From Chloroflexota bacterium (GTDB lineage Bacteria > Chloroflexota > Dehalococcoidia > Bin125), in the NCBI GenBank assembly GCA_026707335.1, contig JAPOXB010000100.1:1-60334 (forward strand): a stretch of 60,334 nucleotides of DNA, in the 5' to 3' direction. A model generated the notes under the pieces. The model saw nothing but the letters and a program-made list of their open reading frames with translations. It was not told the origin of the DNA and searched no databases. Numbering within the stretch: position 1 is the stretch's first letter; each line of letters begins with the position of its first letter. This document shows positions 31,957 to 41,299 of the stretch, piece after piece. Position numbers and translations under genes: made by a program.

Positions 31957-32015
31957 GAGCGTCCTCTCCGGTCCCGGCGCCCGCGCGGGCGACGATGCGT
32001 TAGCGCGACGCGGCG

Positions 32016-32627
32016 TCAGCCGGTCGCGGCGATCCGATCTTGCAGCGCGCTCCAGGCAGCTTCTACCCGGCCGCGGACTTGGTCCAGGGAACAGTCGGTG
32101 CGGATGACGACGTCGCCGCGCGCCTCCCGTTCGGCGTTGCCGAGTTGCGAGGCGATGCGCTTGCCCGCCTCCTCGGCGCTGAAGCCGTTGCGATCCATCA
32201 GCCGCTGCCTCGCGACGTCGGGCGGCGCGCTGATCACCCAGACCTCGTCGAAGTGGCTCTCCCAGCCCGCCTCGAACAGGACGGCGGCCTCCACCGCGGC
32301 CACGGACGCGCCGGCAGCGCGCGCCAGATCCAACTCCTCGTCGACGAGCTCGGCGATGGCGGGCCAGACGATGTCGGTCAGCTTGGTCATCTCCGTCGGC
32401 GCGCCGAACACCCTCGCGCCCAGCGCGGCGCGGTCGATCGTCCCGCCGGGGCCGACGATCTCCTCGCCGAAGGCGGCGACGACCTGGGCGTGCGCGGCCG
32501 CGCCGGGCTCGTACACCCGGTGGCCCAGCTTGTCGGCGTCGACCACCGTCGCGCCGAGGTCGGCCAGCGCGGCCGTGACCGTGGACTTGCCGGAGGCGAT
32601 CCCCCCGGCGAGACCGATCGAGCGCAT
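32016..32627 (-). CDS. coaE: Dephospho-CoA kinase
   Basis: 203 aa (GGGAGAG SD upstream). P-loop [12 protein letters not shown], then VVDADKLGH, then an R...R lid region. Confidence 0.93.
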   Translation of the reverse strand: MRSIGLAGGIASGKSTVTAALADLGATVVDADKLGHRVYEPGAAAHAQVVAAFGEEIVGPGGTIDRAALGARVFGAPTEMTKLTDIVWPAIAELVDEELDLARAAGASVAAVEAAVLFEAGWESHFDEVWVISAPPDVARQRLMDRNGFSAEEAGKRIASQLGNAEREARGDVVIRTDCSLDQVRGRVEAAWSALQDRIAATG

Positions 32628-32964
32628 GTGTCTGCTCTCCCATCGGAGACGGTCGCTCCGGCCGCCGTGAGACCGGGGCCGGCGTCGGCGATGCTGGTGC
32701 GAATCATAGGGAAGGGCCCCGGCGGACCCGGTGGGGAGGCTAGCCAGCCCGGATCGGCAGCGTCAACTGGTCAACGCACGGGGCAACCGGCGCGCGCGAC
32801 CGCCGGCCGCCGGGCGGCGTATCGAATGGAAAGGGCCGGACATTCGCCGCGTTCGCCCGGGTCTGCGTCTGTTCAATTCGATGGCGACGACCCGGCGGCG
32901 GCTCTGATACGGTCCGGCGCATACCGCGAGAGCCCGGCCGTCACGGCCCCGATGCGGAGTTCGC

Positions 32965-33441
32965 ATGGTCGTTGAAGCGCTCAGCAGCACCGCCGACCTG
33001 GCCGACGCGCGCGAGAAGCTCGTGCAGAGCTTCGCCGGCCTCGACGACGCGCTGCTCGACCTGCCGGACGTGGTCGGGCGGTGGAGCATCCGCCAGACGC
33101 TGGCGCACCTGCTGGGCTGGGACGCCTGGGGCGTGATGGCGATCGTGGCGCTGGAGCGCGGCCGGGAGGTCGCGGAGCCCGACGACGACGCGATGAACCG
33201 GGACTGGTTGCGGCGCACGCGGTCACTGAGCGGCGCCGAGTTGCAGCGGCTGCTGCGCGCCTCCCGCCGCGAGATGCTCGACCTGCTGGCGGCGATGCCG
33301 GACGAAGTGCGGTCGCAACCGCGCTACGACCTGGGCGGCGCCATGCTGTCGCCCGACGAATTCGTCGACGGCTTCATCGACCACGACGCCGAGCACGCGT
33401 CGGAGATCCGCGCCTGGCGCAAGGCCCGCGGGAACGCCTAA
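32965..33441 (+). CDS. DinB-family (four-helix bundle, His-triad) protein
   Basis: 158 aa. WSIRQTLAHLLGWD and IDHDAEHASEI fit the DinB_2-type metal-binding histidines. Confidence 0.7.
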   Translation: MVVEALSSTADLADAREKLVQSFAGLDDALLDLPDVVGRWSIRQTLAHLLGWDAWGVMAIVALERGREVAEPDDDAMNRDWLRRTRSLSGAELQRLLRASRREMLDLLAAMPDEVRSQPRYDLGGAMLSPDEFVDGFIDHDAEHASEIRAWRKARGNA

Positions 33442-34424
33442 GCGTCGGCGACCAGCCGCTTGAGTTCCGCCTCCAACTGGGGCAGCACCTTCTTGTAGTC
33501 ATCGACGATGCCGAAGCGCGAGTAGCGGAAGATGTTGGCGTCGGGGTCCTTGTTGATCGCGACGATGTTCTTGCTGCCGCCGCAGCCGGCCATGTGCTGA
33601 CTGGCTCCGCTGATGGCGATGGCGACGTACAACTCTGGCGACACCACGGTGCCCGTCAGCCCCACCTGCTGGCTGGGCGGGTACCAGCCCAGGTCGCAGG
33701 CGGCGCGGCTGGCCCCCACGGCGGCGCCGAGATCGGCGGCGATGCGCTCCAAGTCGGCGAAGGCCTCGGGCGCGCCCAGGCCGCGGCCGCCGGATACGAC
33801 GATGCCGGCGTCCTCCAGCCGCACCCCGGCCGAGTCGGCGGTCTCCTTCTCCAGCAGGCGGGCGCGCGCGGCGCCCGGGGCCGCCGCCACCGGCACGACC
33901 TCCCCCGTGCGGCCGGCGTCCTCCGGCAGCGGATCCTGCGACTTGGCACGCACCGTCACGACCTGCGGGTCGCTCTCCACGGTGACGACCTGGCGGGCGT
34001 TGCCGCCGTAGCAGGAGCGCGTGACCCGCACGCGGCCGTCGCCGGCCTCCAACTCCAGCGCGTCCATGGCGACGGCGCTGCCCAGCCGGGTGGCCAGCCG
34101 CGGCGCGAGGTCGCGGCCCATGCTCGTCTGGCCGAAGAGCACGACGGCCGGCGCCGCCTGCTCGACGATCGCCGCCGCGACGGGCAGATAGGCGTCGGCG
34201 CCGTACTGCGCGAGGGCGGCGTCCTGGGCCGTGTAGACGGCGCCCGCGCCGGCGGCGATGGCGGCCTGCGCCACGGCGTCCAACTCCGCGCCGATCAGCG
34301 CGCAGGCAACGCCGTCGCCGCCGAGGGCGGCGTTGAGACGCGTCGCGGCGCCCAGCAGTTCGGCCGTGATGGCGGCCGGGCCGCCGCCGGGGGCGCTCTC
34401 TCCGAAGACGAGGATGCTGGCCAT
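33438..34424 (-). CDS. etfA: Electron transfer flavoprotein alpha subunit
   Basis: 328 aa from ATG 34424. FAD-binding C-terminal region VVSGGRGLG, GASRAACDLGW.P...QVGLTG..VSP.LYVAIAISGASQHMAG. Confidence 0.92.
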   Translation of the reverse strand: MASILVFGESAPGGGPAAITAELLGAATRLNAALGGDGVACALIGAELDAVAQAAIAAGAGAVYTAQDAALAQYGADAYLPVAAAIVEQAAPAVVLFGQTSMGRDLAPRLATRLGSAVAMDALELEAGDGRVRVTRSCYGGNARQVVTVESDPQVVTVRAKSQDPLPEDAGRTGEVVPVAAAPGAARARLLEKETADSAGVRLEDAGIVVSGGRGLGAPEAFADLERIAADLGAAVGASRAACDLGWYPPSQQVGLTGTVVSPELYVAIAISGASQHMAGCGGSKNIVAINKDPDANIFRYSRFGIVDDYKKVLPQLEAELKRLVADA

Positions 34425-34473
34425 GGGGGTTTCTTTCCGACGCACTATCCGGCGCCGCCGGGCCGCGGCCCGG

Positions 34474-35280
34474 CTAGACGAGCTTGGCTTCGCGCAGTTT
34501 GGCGGCGAGCAGACCGGCCTTCTCCTCGGCGGTGTCGGCCTCGATGAACTCGCACTCGGTCTCGTTCCGCGGCTGGTAGAGGGCGTGCATCTTGACGCGC
34601 GCCCCGGTCGCGCCGATCTCGCCCGGGTCGAGGCCGAGGTCGGCGGGGGTCCACACAGTGACCTGCTTGCGCGCCGCCTGCATGATCTGGCGCAGCTGCG
34701 GGTAGCGCGGGTCGCCGAATTCGTTGCTGATCGTGAGTACGGCGGGCGTCGGCGTGCTGATCGACTCGAAGCCGTCGGCGACGACGCGCGACACGCGGAT
34801 CTCGCCGTCGGCCAGCTCGGCCGAGCGCAGCACCGTCACGGAGGGCAGGCCGAGCAGCTCCGCCACGATGCTGCCCACCGTCCCCTGGTCGAGGTCGGCG
34901 GCCTGGCGGCCGAAGATGAGCACGTCGGGCAGGCCGATCTTCTCGATCGCCTTGGCCAGCGCGAGGGCCGTCGTCCAGGCGTCGCCGCCCTCGAAAGCGG
35001 GGTCGTTGAGCTGGTAGCCCTCGTCGGCGCCCATCGCGAGGCCGGTCTTGATGGCGTCGCGGGCGGAGTCGGGCCCCAGCGACAGCACGGAGATCGTGCC
35101 CGCGCCGCCGTCGGCCTCGCGCAGTCGCAGGGCGGCCTCGACGGCCTGCTGGTCGAAGGGGTTGATCACGGGCGAGACGCCGGGCGCCTCGACCACCCGC
35201 ATCGCCGCCTCATCGACGCTGAAGGCGGCGGCGGGCGTCTCCGGGTCGGGGATCTGTTTGACGCAGACGATCGCGTCCAT
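34474..35280 (-). CDS. etfB: Electron transfer flavoprotein beta subunit
   Basis: 268 aa from ATG 35280 (AAGGAG SD upstream). IVCVKQIPDPETP, VINPFDQQAVEAALRL and LIFGRQAADLDQGTVG are present. Confidence 0.92.
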   Translation of the reverse strand: MDAIVCVKQIPDPETPAAAFSVDEAAMRVVEAPGVSPVINPFDQQAVEAALRLREADGGAGTISVLSLGPDSARDAIKTGLAMGADEGYQLNDPAFEGGDAWTTALALAKAIEKIGLPDVLIFGRQAADLDQGTVGSIVAELLGLPSVTVLRSAELADGEIRVSRVVADGFESISTPTPAVLTISNEFGDPRYPQLRQIMQAARKQVTVWTPADLGLDPGEIGATGARVKMHALYQPRNETECEFIEADTAEEKAGLLAAKLREAKLV

Positions 35281-35357
35281 CGTGCATGCTCCTTGACGCC
35301 GGCGGGGGCGTGCGCGGCGATCCTCGTGCCGCCCGCGGCGCGCATCCAGCCGGGGGC

Positions 35358-35386
35358 ATTCTTGCGCCGCGACGGGGCCCAATCAA
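35358..35386 (-). promoter_or_regulatory. Candidate promoter of etfBA (TTGATT-N17-AAGAAT)
   Basis: On the minus strand, TTGATT is at 35386..35381 and AAGAAT at 35363..35358, with a 17-nt spacer. It lies about 80 nt upstream of the etfB ATG. Confidence 0.35.
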
Positions 35387-35395
35387 ACGGCTGCG

Positions 35396-37684
35396 TTACG
35401 GAGCGGCCCCGGACGGCGGTTCGGCGGCCGGCTCGCCCTCGGGCAGGGCCACGTCGAGCAGCTCCACGACGTCGAACACGCCCAGCCGCTGCGACTCGTC
35501 GGTCCCCATCTGCACGCTGCCGACGCCGGCCTCGAACATCTGCACGCAGAAGGGGCAGACCGTGCAGGCGCTGTCGGCGCCGGTGTCCAGCGCTTCCGCG
35601 ACGCGCACCTCGTTGACGCGCGCCCGTCCCTGCTCCTCCATCCACATGTTGCCGCCGCCGGCGCCGCAGCAGAGCCCCCGCTCGCGGTTGCGGGGCATCT
35701 CCACGAGCGTCAGGTTGGGGATCTGCTTGAGGATGTTGCGGGGGGCCTCGTAGAGGTTGTTGTGGCGGCCCAGGTAGCAGGAGTCGTGGAAGGTGACGGT
35801 TTGCGCCGCGGCGCCGGGCTTGGGCCGCAGCCTGCCCTCCTCGACGAGCCGCTCCAGCAGGGTGCTGTGGTGCAGCACCTCGTAGTGCCCGCCCAGGTCG
35901 GGGTACTCGTTCTTGAACGTGTTGAAGCAGTGCGGGCAGTGGGTGACGATCTTCTTGACGCCGCCGCCGTCGAGCGTGGCGATCAACCCCTCGGCCAGGA
36001 TCTGGAAGAGGTATTCGTTGCCCAGCCGCCGGGCCGGGTCGCCGTTGCACGACTCCTGCCCGGCCAGCACGCCGAAACTGACGCCCGCCTCGCGCAGCAG
36101 CCGCACGACGGAGCGGGTGATCGGCTGCACCCGATCGACCAGGGCGCCGGTGCAGCCCACGAAGTAGAGGTACTCTTGCTCGCCCGTCCAGCGCGGCACG
36201 TCCAGCCCGTCCATCCACGACTCGCGGGTGTGCGGCGTGCCGCGCCAGGGATGGCCCTGGCGCTCCAGCGTCTCCAGCGTCGATTGCACGGTGTCGGGCA
36301 TGCGCGCCTCCTCCATGACGAGGCTGCGGCGCATGTCGACGATCGTGGGGATGTGCTCGATGAACACGGGGCACTCCTGCACGCAGGCCCCGCAGGTCCG
36401 GCAGGCCCAGAGCGACTCGTCGCGGATCACCTCGCCGACCATGACCGGCGCGTCGTCGAGGCCGTCATCGATCGGCGCCCCGCGGGCGAGGTTGCCCGCC
36501 TTGCGCTCGCCCACGTCGGTCGCGTACGTCTTGAGGTCCTGGATGATGTGCATCGGCGAGAGCGGCTGCCCGGCGATGTCGGCCGGGCAGTGATCGGTGC
36601 AGCGGCCGCAGCGCACGCAGACGTCCAACTCGAAGAGTTGCTTCTGGGTGAAGTGTTCGAGCTGGCTGACGCCGAAGTGCTCCTGCTCCTCGATGTTGGC
36701 GATGAGCGGCAACTTGCCGCTGGAGCCGGGGCTCTTGAGGAAGGCGTTGGCCGGCGCGAGCGCGAGATGGTTGAGCTTGGTGAAGCCCAGCAGGCCGATC
36801 CAGCTCAGCGCCAGAACCATGTGGAACCACCACAGCGCCTTGTGGGCAGCGAGCAGCGCGGCGGTCTCGACGCCGCCCACGGCCAGCGCGACCACGAAGC
36901 CCACCGGCGACCAGTAGGACCAGTCGCGGTGCTCGGCGATCTCCGACGTCTGGATGCGGAAGCCCTCAAGCAGGAAGCCAGTCACCAGCAGCAGGCCCAG
37001 CCCGCCCAGGATCAGCTTGTCCTCGGTGCTGGGCAGCCAGGTCGTGCGGGGGCGGACCCAGCGGTGCGCGACGGCCATGCCCACGCCGATCAGCCCGATC
37101 AGCCCGAACAGGTCGCCCACCAGCGAGTAGCCCAGATAGCGGTCGCCGACGAGGATGCGCACCTTGTCGTCGGGCAGATAGTCGTCGATGGCCAGTAGGG
37201 CGGTGACGAGGAACAGCACCAGGATGCTGGACATGATGCAGAGATGCATGACGCCGGCGTAGGGGTCGCGCAGGACGCGCTCGGTGCCGGCGCCGCCGCG
37301 CAGCATGCGGCGCAGACGCACGCGGGGCTGGTCGAAGTGGAAGTCGGGGCGGCCGATGCGCCACACCCGCGCCCGTCGCGCCACGCCGTAGACGACGACG
37401 GCCACGAGCAGCGGCAGCAGCGCGTAGAGCACCCAGAAGTCGGCGATGTTGAAGAACAACTCGCGGTGGGGGCCGTCGATGCGGCCCGTCTCCGCCGCCG
37501 TCACGAGGCCGAGCCCGGCCAGCGGCACCCAGATCGGCACCGCGATGCCGCCGATCTTCACCGTGCGGCGCAGGCGGCCGCGCCTCACCGGCGTGGGTGG
37601 CGGCGGATCCTCGGGGTGCGATGGGCACCCGCCCGCGGCGGGACGGCCGATCGGCAGCGGACCACGAGGCGCGGCAGGCGGCAC
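35396..37684 (-). CDS. Membrane-anchored Fe-S oxidoreductase, HdrD/GlpC/DsrK-like (EtfD-like)
   Basis: 762 aa. N-terminal multi-TM (NarI-like) domain. Two ferredoxin motifs, CVRCGRCTDHCP and CRTCGACVQECP. Two CCG domains (VGCTG..., HCPHCFNTF; FHDSCYLGR, CCGAGGG). The N-terminal start (GTG 37684) is uncertain. Confidence 0.85.
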   Translation of the reverse strand: MPPAAPRGPLPIGRPAAGGCPSHPEDPPPPTPVRRGRLRRTVKIGGIAVPIWVPLAGLGLVTAAETGRIDGPHRELFFNIADFWVLYALLPLLVAVVVYGVARRARVWRIGRPDFHFDQPRVRLRRMLRGGAGTERVLRDPYAGVMHLCIMSSILVLFLVTALLAIDDYLPDDKVRILVGDRYLGYSLVGDLFGLIGLIGVGMAVAHRWVRPRTTWLPSTEDKLILGGLGLLLVTGFLLEGFRIQTSEIAEHRDWSYWSPVGFVVALAVGGVETAALLAAHKALWWFHMVLALSWIGLLGFTKLNHLALAPANAFLKSPGSSGKLPLIANIEEQEHFGVSQLEHFTQKQLFELDVCVRCGRCTDHCPADIAGQPLSPMHIIQDLKTYATDVGERKAGNLARGAPIDDGLDDAPVMVGEVIRDESLWACRTCGACVQECPVFIEHIPTIVDMRRSLVMEEARMPDTVQSTLETLERQGHPWRGTPHTRESWMDGLDVPRWTGEQEYLYFVGCTGALVDRVQPITRSVVRLLREAGVSFGVLAGQESCNGDPARRLGNEYLFQILAEGLIATLDGGGVKKIVTHCPHCFNTFKNEYPDLGGHYEVLHHSTLLERLVEEGRLRPKPGAAAQTVTFHDSCYLGRHNNLYEAPRNILKQIPNLTLVEMPRNRERGLCCGAGGGNMWMEEQGRARVNEVRVAEALDTGADSACTVCPFCVQMFEAGVGSVQMGTDESQRLGVFDVVELLDVALPEGEPAAEPPSGAAP

Positions 37685-37736
37685 GGTGGGCCTCCCCCCA
37701 GCCCCCGCCGAAGCCGGGGCGCGCGGCGGGCGCAGG

Positions 37737-39299
37737 CTACTCGTTGTTGGGCCCGCCGTGGAATTTGCGGATGTCGTTCTTGAGCAGCTTGCCCATGTGA
37801 TTGCGCGGCAGGACGTCGGTGAAGGCCAGGTATTCGGGGGCCTTGTAGCTGGCGAGGCGGCCCTTGCAGAACTCGCGCAGCTCGTCGACCGTGATCTCCG
37901 CGCCGGGCGCGAGCACGGCCACCGCCTTGACGGCCTCGCCCATCTCGGCGTCCTCGACGCCGATGATCGCCACGTCGTCGAGCTGGGGCATCTCCTCCAG
38001 CACCTGCTCGATCTCCCCCGGCGCGATGTTCTCGCCGCCGCGGATGATGAGGTCCTTCACGCGGCCGGTGATGAAGAGGTAGCCCTCCTCGTCCAGGTGG
38101 CCCTCGTCGCCGGTGTGCAGCCAGCCGTCGCGGATGGCCTCGTGCGTGGCCTCCTCCTGCTTGTAGTAGCCCTTCATCGTGCGGCCCGAGCGGACGCAGA
38201 TCTCGCCGTCCTTGCCGGCCGGGAGGGCGGTCCCGTCGGGCGCCTGGATCGACAGGTCGACGTCGTCCATGACCTTGCCGACGGAGCGCAGCCGCCGCTC
38301 CTTGAGCGCGATCTCCTCCGGCGTGCCCTCCAGGCGGTGGTCGTCGGGGCCCAGGAAGGTGATGGCCGAGGTGGCCTCGGTCTGGCCGTAGGCGTTCATC
38401 AGACCGCAGTCGAACACGTCGATGGCCCGCCGCACGACCTCGTAGGGCATCGGCGCGGCGCCGTAGGCGAGCAGCTTCAGGCTGGCGCCGCTGAAGTTGG
38501 GGAAGTCCTCGTGGTCGATCAAGCGCTTGACCATCGTCGGCACGACCATGCTGTGGGTGACGCCGTGCGTGTCGACGGCCTCCATCCAGGCCTCGGGCGT
38601 GAACTGCGGCAGGATGACCAGGCTGCGGCCGCCCCAGATCGCCGAGATCATCGCCGTGGCGCCGGCGATGTGGAAGAGCGGCACGCTGAGCAGCGTCTTC
38701 TCGTGCTCGGCGGTGGGGTCGGCGGGCGCCATGGTGTTGGTCACGTAGACGGTGAGATCCTGGTAGGTCACCTCGACGCCCTTCGGCAGCGCGGTGGTGC
38801 CCGAGGTGTAGATGATGATCGTGGGGTCGTCGTCGTCGATCTCGGTGTAGACGTAGTCGTCGGAGCCCTGCGCGACGAGGTCGGCGTAGGGAATCTGGCC
38901 GTCGCGCGAGGTCTCCAGCGCGACGATGTTCTCGACGCTGGGGATGCCCTCGCGGATCGACTCGACCAAGTTCTGGTAGCGGTCGGCGAGGAACAGCACC
39001 TTCACCTCGGCCGTGTCGATCATGTAGGCCAGTTCGTCGGACTTGGCGCGGTAGTTGAGCGGCACGAAGGTGACGCCCAGCTTGGCGCAGGCGTAGTAGG
39101 TGATGACGTAGCGCGACGAGTTGACCGACATCACGCCGAGGTGGTCGCCCCGCTGCAGGCCCAGGCCCAGCAGCGCGTTCGCCAGCCGCGTCACCTCCGC
39201 GCTCATCTCCATGAAGCTGGTGGGCTGGTTCTCCGTGACCAGCGCCGCCCGATCGGGCACGACCGCCGCCGAGATGTCCAGGAATTCCGCCGTGTTCAT
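37737..39299 (-). CDS. AMP-dependent acyl-CoA synthetase/ligase (FadD-like)
   Basis: 520 aa. Motifs IIYTSGTTALPKGV, YGQTE, WLHTGDEG, GRVKDLIIRGGENI and MGKLLK. Confidence 0.9.
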   Translation of the reverse strand: MNTAEFLDISAAVVPDRAALVTENQPTSFMEMSAEVTRLANALLGLGLQRGDHLGVMSVNSSRYVITYYACAKLGVTFVPLNYRAKSDELAYMIDTAEVKVLFLADRYQNLVESIREGIPSVENIVALETSRDGQIPYADLVAQGSDDYVYTEIDDDDPTIIIYTSGTTALPKGVEVTYQDLTVYVTNTMAPADPTAEHEKTLLSVPLFHIAGATAMISAIWGGRSLVILPQFTPEAWMEAVDTHGVTHSMVVPTMVKRLIDHEDFPNFSGASLKLLAYGAAPMPYEVVRRAIDVFDCGLMNAYGQTEATSAITFLGPDDHRLEGTPEEIALKERRLRSVGKVMDDVDLSIQAPDGTALPAGKDGEICVRSGRTMKGYYKQEEATHEAIRDGWLHTGDEGHLDEEGYLFITGRVKDLIIRGGENIAPGEIEQVLEEMPQLDDVAIIGVEDAEMGEAVKAVAVLAPGAEITVDELREFCKGRLASYKAPEYLAFTDVLPRNHMGKLLKNDIRKFHGGPNNE

Positions 39300-39467
39300 G
39301 CCCGACCCTTCCGGCGGGCGTCCGCCTGCGCGGAGGCGCCGCTACTTGCGATCACGCTGCTCTGGCCCACGCCCTCGCGCGGGCGTCGTCGCTCCGCAGT
39401 TGGGGATACCGCCTGCGCGCGTTGGCGTCCAGCGTAGCGAGCCGCGGCTGCGCCGGATCGGACGCGG

Positions 39468-39890
39468 CTAGCCGCGCGGCTCCAGCACCACGACCGGGAT
39501 CCGTCGCTCCGTCTTCGCCTGATAGTCGGCGTAGCGCTTCGCGGTCTCCGCGAACGCCGCGAACAGGCGATCGCGCTCCTCGCCTTCGGCCATCCGCGCC
39601 TGCACGGACGTCGTCTGCTTGCCGACGCGCACCTGCGCCTCGGGCGCGGCCGCGAGGTTCAGGTACCAGGCGGGGTGTTGGTCGCGGCCCGCCGCCGACC
39701 CGACCACCACGTAGCCGCCGTCCTGGTCGAGGCACAGGAGGGGGGTCGTCCGGCGCTTGCCGCTCTTCCGGCCGGTGGTCGTCAGCAGCAGGATCGGCAT
39801 CTGGTCGAAGCTGCTCATCAGACGGCCGCCGCTGTGGCTGTAGATGCACTTGTGCAGCCCGGTGAACGTCTTCTCGAACAAGTTGGGCAT
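39468..39890 (-). CDS. Deazaflavin (F420H2)-dependent nitroreductase family protein (DDN/FDOR-A)
   Basis: 140 aa from ATG 39890 (GAGGGGA SD upstream). TTTGRKSGKRRTTPL and HPAWYLNL are signature DDN-family motifs. Confidence 0.85.
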   Translation of the reverse strand: MPNLFEKTFTGLHKCIYSHSGGRLMSSFDQMPILLLTTTGRKSGKRRTTPLLCLDQDGGYVVVGSAAGRDQHPAWYLNLAAAPEAQVRVGKQTTSVQARMAEGEERDRLFAAFAETAKRYADYQAKTERRIPVVVLEPRG

Positions 39891-39966
39891 CGCGTTCCCC
39901 TCGCTCCCGCGGACGCCGCGCGCCCGCACTGCTACAACGTTGGGCCCCCGGCGGGACCCGGGCAAG

Positions 39967-40722
39967 TCACCCGGCGAGCGCGACGGCGGCATCCAGGGCG
40001 ACGGCGTCGGCGAGCGGCAGATCGAGCCCGCGCCGGATCGCGCGCGCGGCGGCGGTCAGGGCGGCCGTGTCCCGCGCGGCCAAGTCCGTCGCGGCCTGCA
40101 AGGCGCGCTCGTCGAGGCGGGCGACCGGCACGACCTCGTTCACGAGGCCCCAGGCCAGCGCCCGGTCGGCGTCGATCACGTCGCCGCTGAGCACGAGGCC
40201 GCGCGCGACGCCGGGCGGCATCAGCCGCGGCAGCATCTGCGTGCCGCCCGCGGAGGGGATGTAGCCCAGCGTCACCTCGGGCAGCGCGATGCGGGTGTCG
40301 TCGGCCGCGATGCGCAGGTCGCAGTACAGCGGCAGCTCGATGCCGGCGCCGTAGCAGAAGCCGTGCAGCGCCGCGATCGTCAGCACGGGCAGGCGCTCCA
40401 GGCGGTCCCAGACGTCGCGCTCGTGCCGGGCGGCGCGGGCGGCCAGCAGGCTGGGGGCGGCGCCGAACTCGCTGATGTCGGCGCCGGCCGAGAAGGCGCG
40501 CGGCCCGGCCCCGCGGAAGACCAGCACACGCACGTCAGGGTCGACCGCGACGGCCTCCAGGTAGCCCCAGAGCTCGTCGCGCATGGCCAGGTTGATGGCG
40601 TTCAGCGCCCGCGGCCGGTTGAGCGTCAGCGTCGCGACGCCGGGCGCGGGCTTCTCGTACAGCAGGACCGGTGCGGCGTCCGCGGCGTCGGCGCCGTCGG
40701 ACGGGGGCGCGGCCGGGGGCAC
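39967..40722 (-). CDS. Enoyl-CoA hydratase/isomerase (crotonase) family protein
   Basis: Motifs LTLNRPRALNA, FRGAGPRAFSAGADI and GFCYGAGIELPLYCDLRIAADDTRIALPEVTLGYIPSAGGTQ. Start is uncertain: GTG 40722, or TTG 40743 overlapping the upstream small ORF. The track start 40944 is an over-extension. Confidence 0.85.
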   Translation of the reverse strand: MPPAAPPSDGADAADAAPVLLYEKPAPGVATLTLNRPRALNAINLAMRDELWGYLEAVAVDPDVRVLVFRGAGPRAFSAGADISEFGAAPSLLAARAARHERDVWDRLERLPVLTIAALHGFCYGAGIELPLYCDLRIAADDTRIALPEVTLGYIPSAGGTQMLPRLMPPGVARGLVLSGDVIDADRALAWGLVNEVVPVARLDERALQAATDLAARDTAALTAAARAIRRGLDLPLADAVALDAAVALAG

Positions 40723-40733
40723 GGCGGGGCCCG

Positions 40734-40976
40734 TCAGCGCCAATCGGGGCGGCGGATCTCGCTCTTGCGCCGCACCTCCCAGAGGCGCGAGATGTCGGCG
40801 TTGATCTTCTCCTGCAGGGCGCGCATCTCCTCGCTGGCGGTGCGCATCTCGTTCGTCTTCCAGCGCCGGACCTTGGCGCGGTCCGACTTGTCCATCGGCA
40901 CGTCCTTGAGCATGTAGTTGACGATGAAGGACATCATCTCCCACGACTCATCGACGTTGAATTCAATTTGGGCCAT
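40734..40976 (-). CDS. Hypothetical small protein P1 (80 aa), paralog of the adjacent 90-aa ORF
   Basis: Balanced amino-acid composition, unlike the Arg/Pro/Ala shadow ORFs. High GC3 in frame with locally lower overall GC. MAQIE N-terminus, VRRWKTNEM core and EIRRPDW C-terminus align with P2. Confidence 0.7.
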   Translation of the reverse strand: MAQIEFNVDESWEMMSFIVNYMLKDVPMDKSDRAKVRRWKTNEMRTASEEMRALQEKINADISRLWEVRRKSEIRRPDWR

Positions 40977-41013
40977 GGCTGCGGCTCGCTTTCGGCGGCG
41001 TGCGCGGACGGAC

Positions 41014-41286
41014 CTACGCGTTGCGGTAGTAGTCGCGGCGCCGGATGGTGCGCCGGAGTTCTTCGTCGATCTTGTTGCCCAGCGTCTCGTTGAGCGCCGC
41101 GGCGAAGCTCAGCAGGTCGTCGCTGCCGCGCTCCATCGTGCGGTTGCGCCACTCCCGGATCGCCTCCACGGCCTCCTCCGACAGCTCGACCCCGTCGACG
41201 ACCTGCGCGCTCACCAGCTGCAGTAACGACAGCGACTCTTCCTCGTCGAGAATGATGTGCACGCGGCTCTCCTCAATCCTTGCCAT
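41014..41286 (-). CDS. Hypothetical small protein P2 (90 aa), paralog of P1
   Basis: MARIE N-terminus, IREWRNRTM core and TIRRRDYY C-terminus align with P1 (roughly 30 percent identity by eye). Acidic N-terminal half, basic C-terminal end. Confidence 0.7.
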   Translation of the reverse strand: MARIEESRVHIILDEEESLSLLQLVSAQVVDGVELSEEAVEAIREWRNRTMERGSDDLLSFAAALNETLGNKIDEELRRTIRRRDYYRNA

Positions 41287-41299
41287 CCCGGTGCGGTCC

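Noticed and set aside
32708-32788. SAM-I/SAM-IV-like fragments (AGGGAAGGGCCC, CAGCGTCAA, GGCAACC)
   Set aside because: The blocks are in the wrong spacing. There is no GGUGCC-type block or closing P1 helix. The 9-mer match is expected by chance at this window size.
32828-32841. GGAAAGGGCCGGAC resembling the RNase P RNA GGAAAGUCCGGGC block
   Set aside because: The match is imperfect. The other universally conserved RNase P blocks (for example ACAGAA...GGCUUA) are absent from the 337-nt region.
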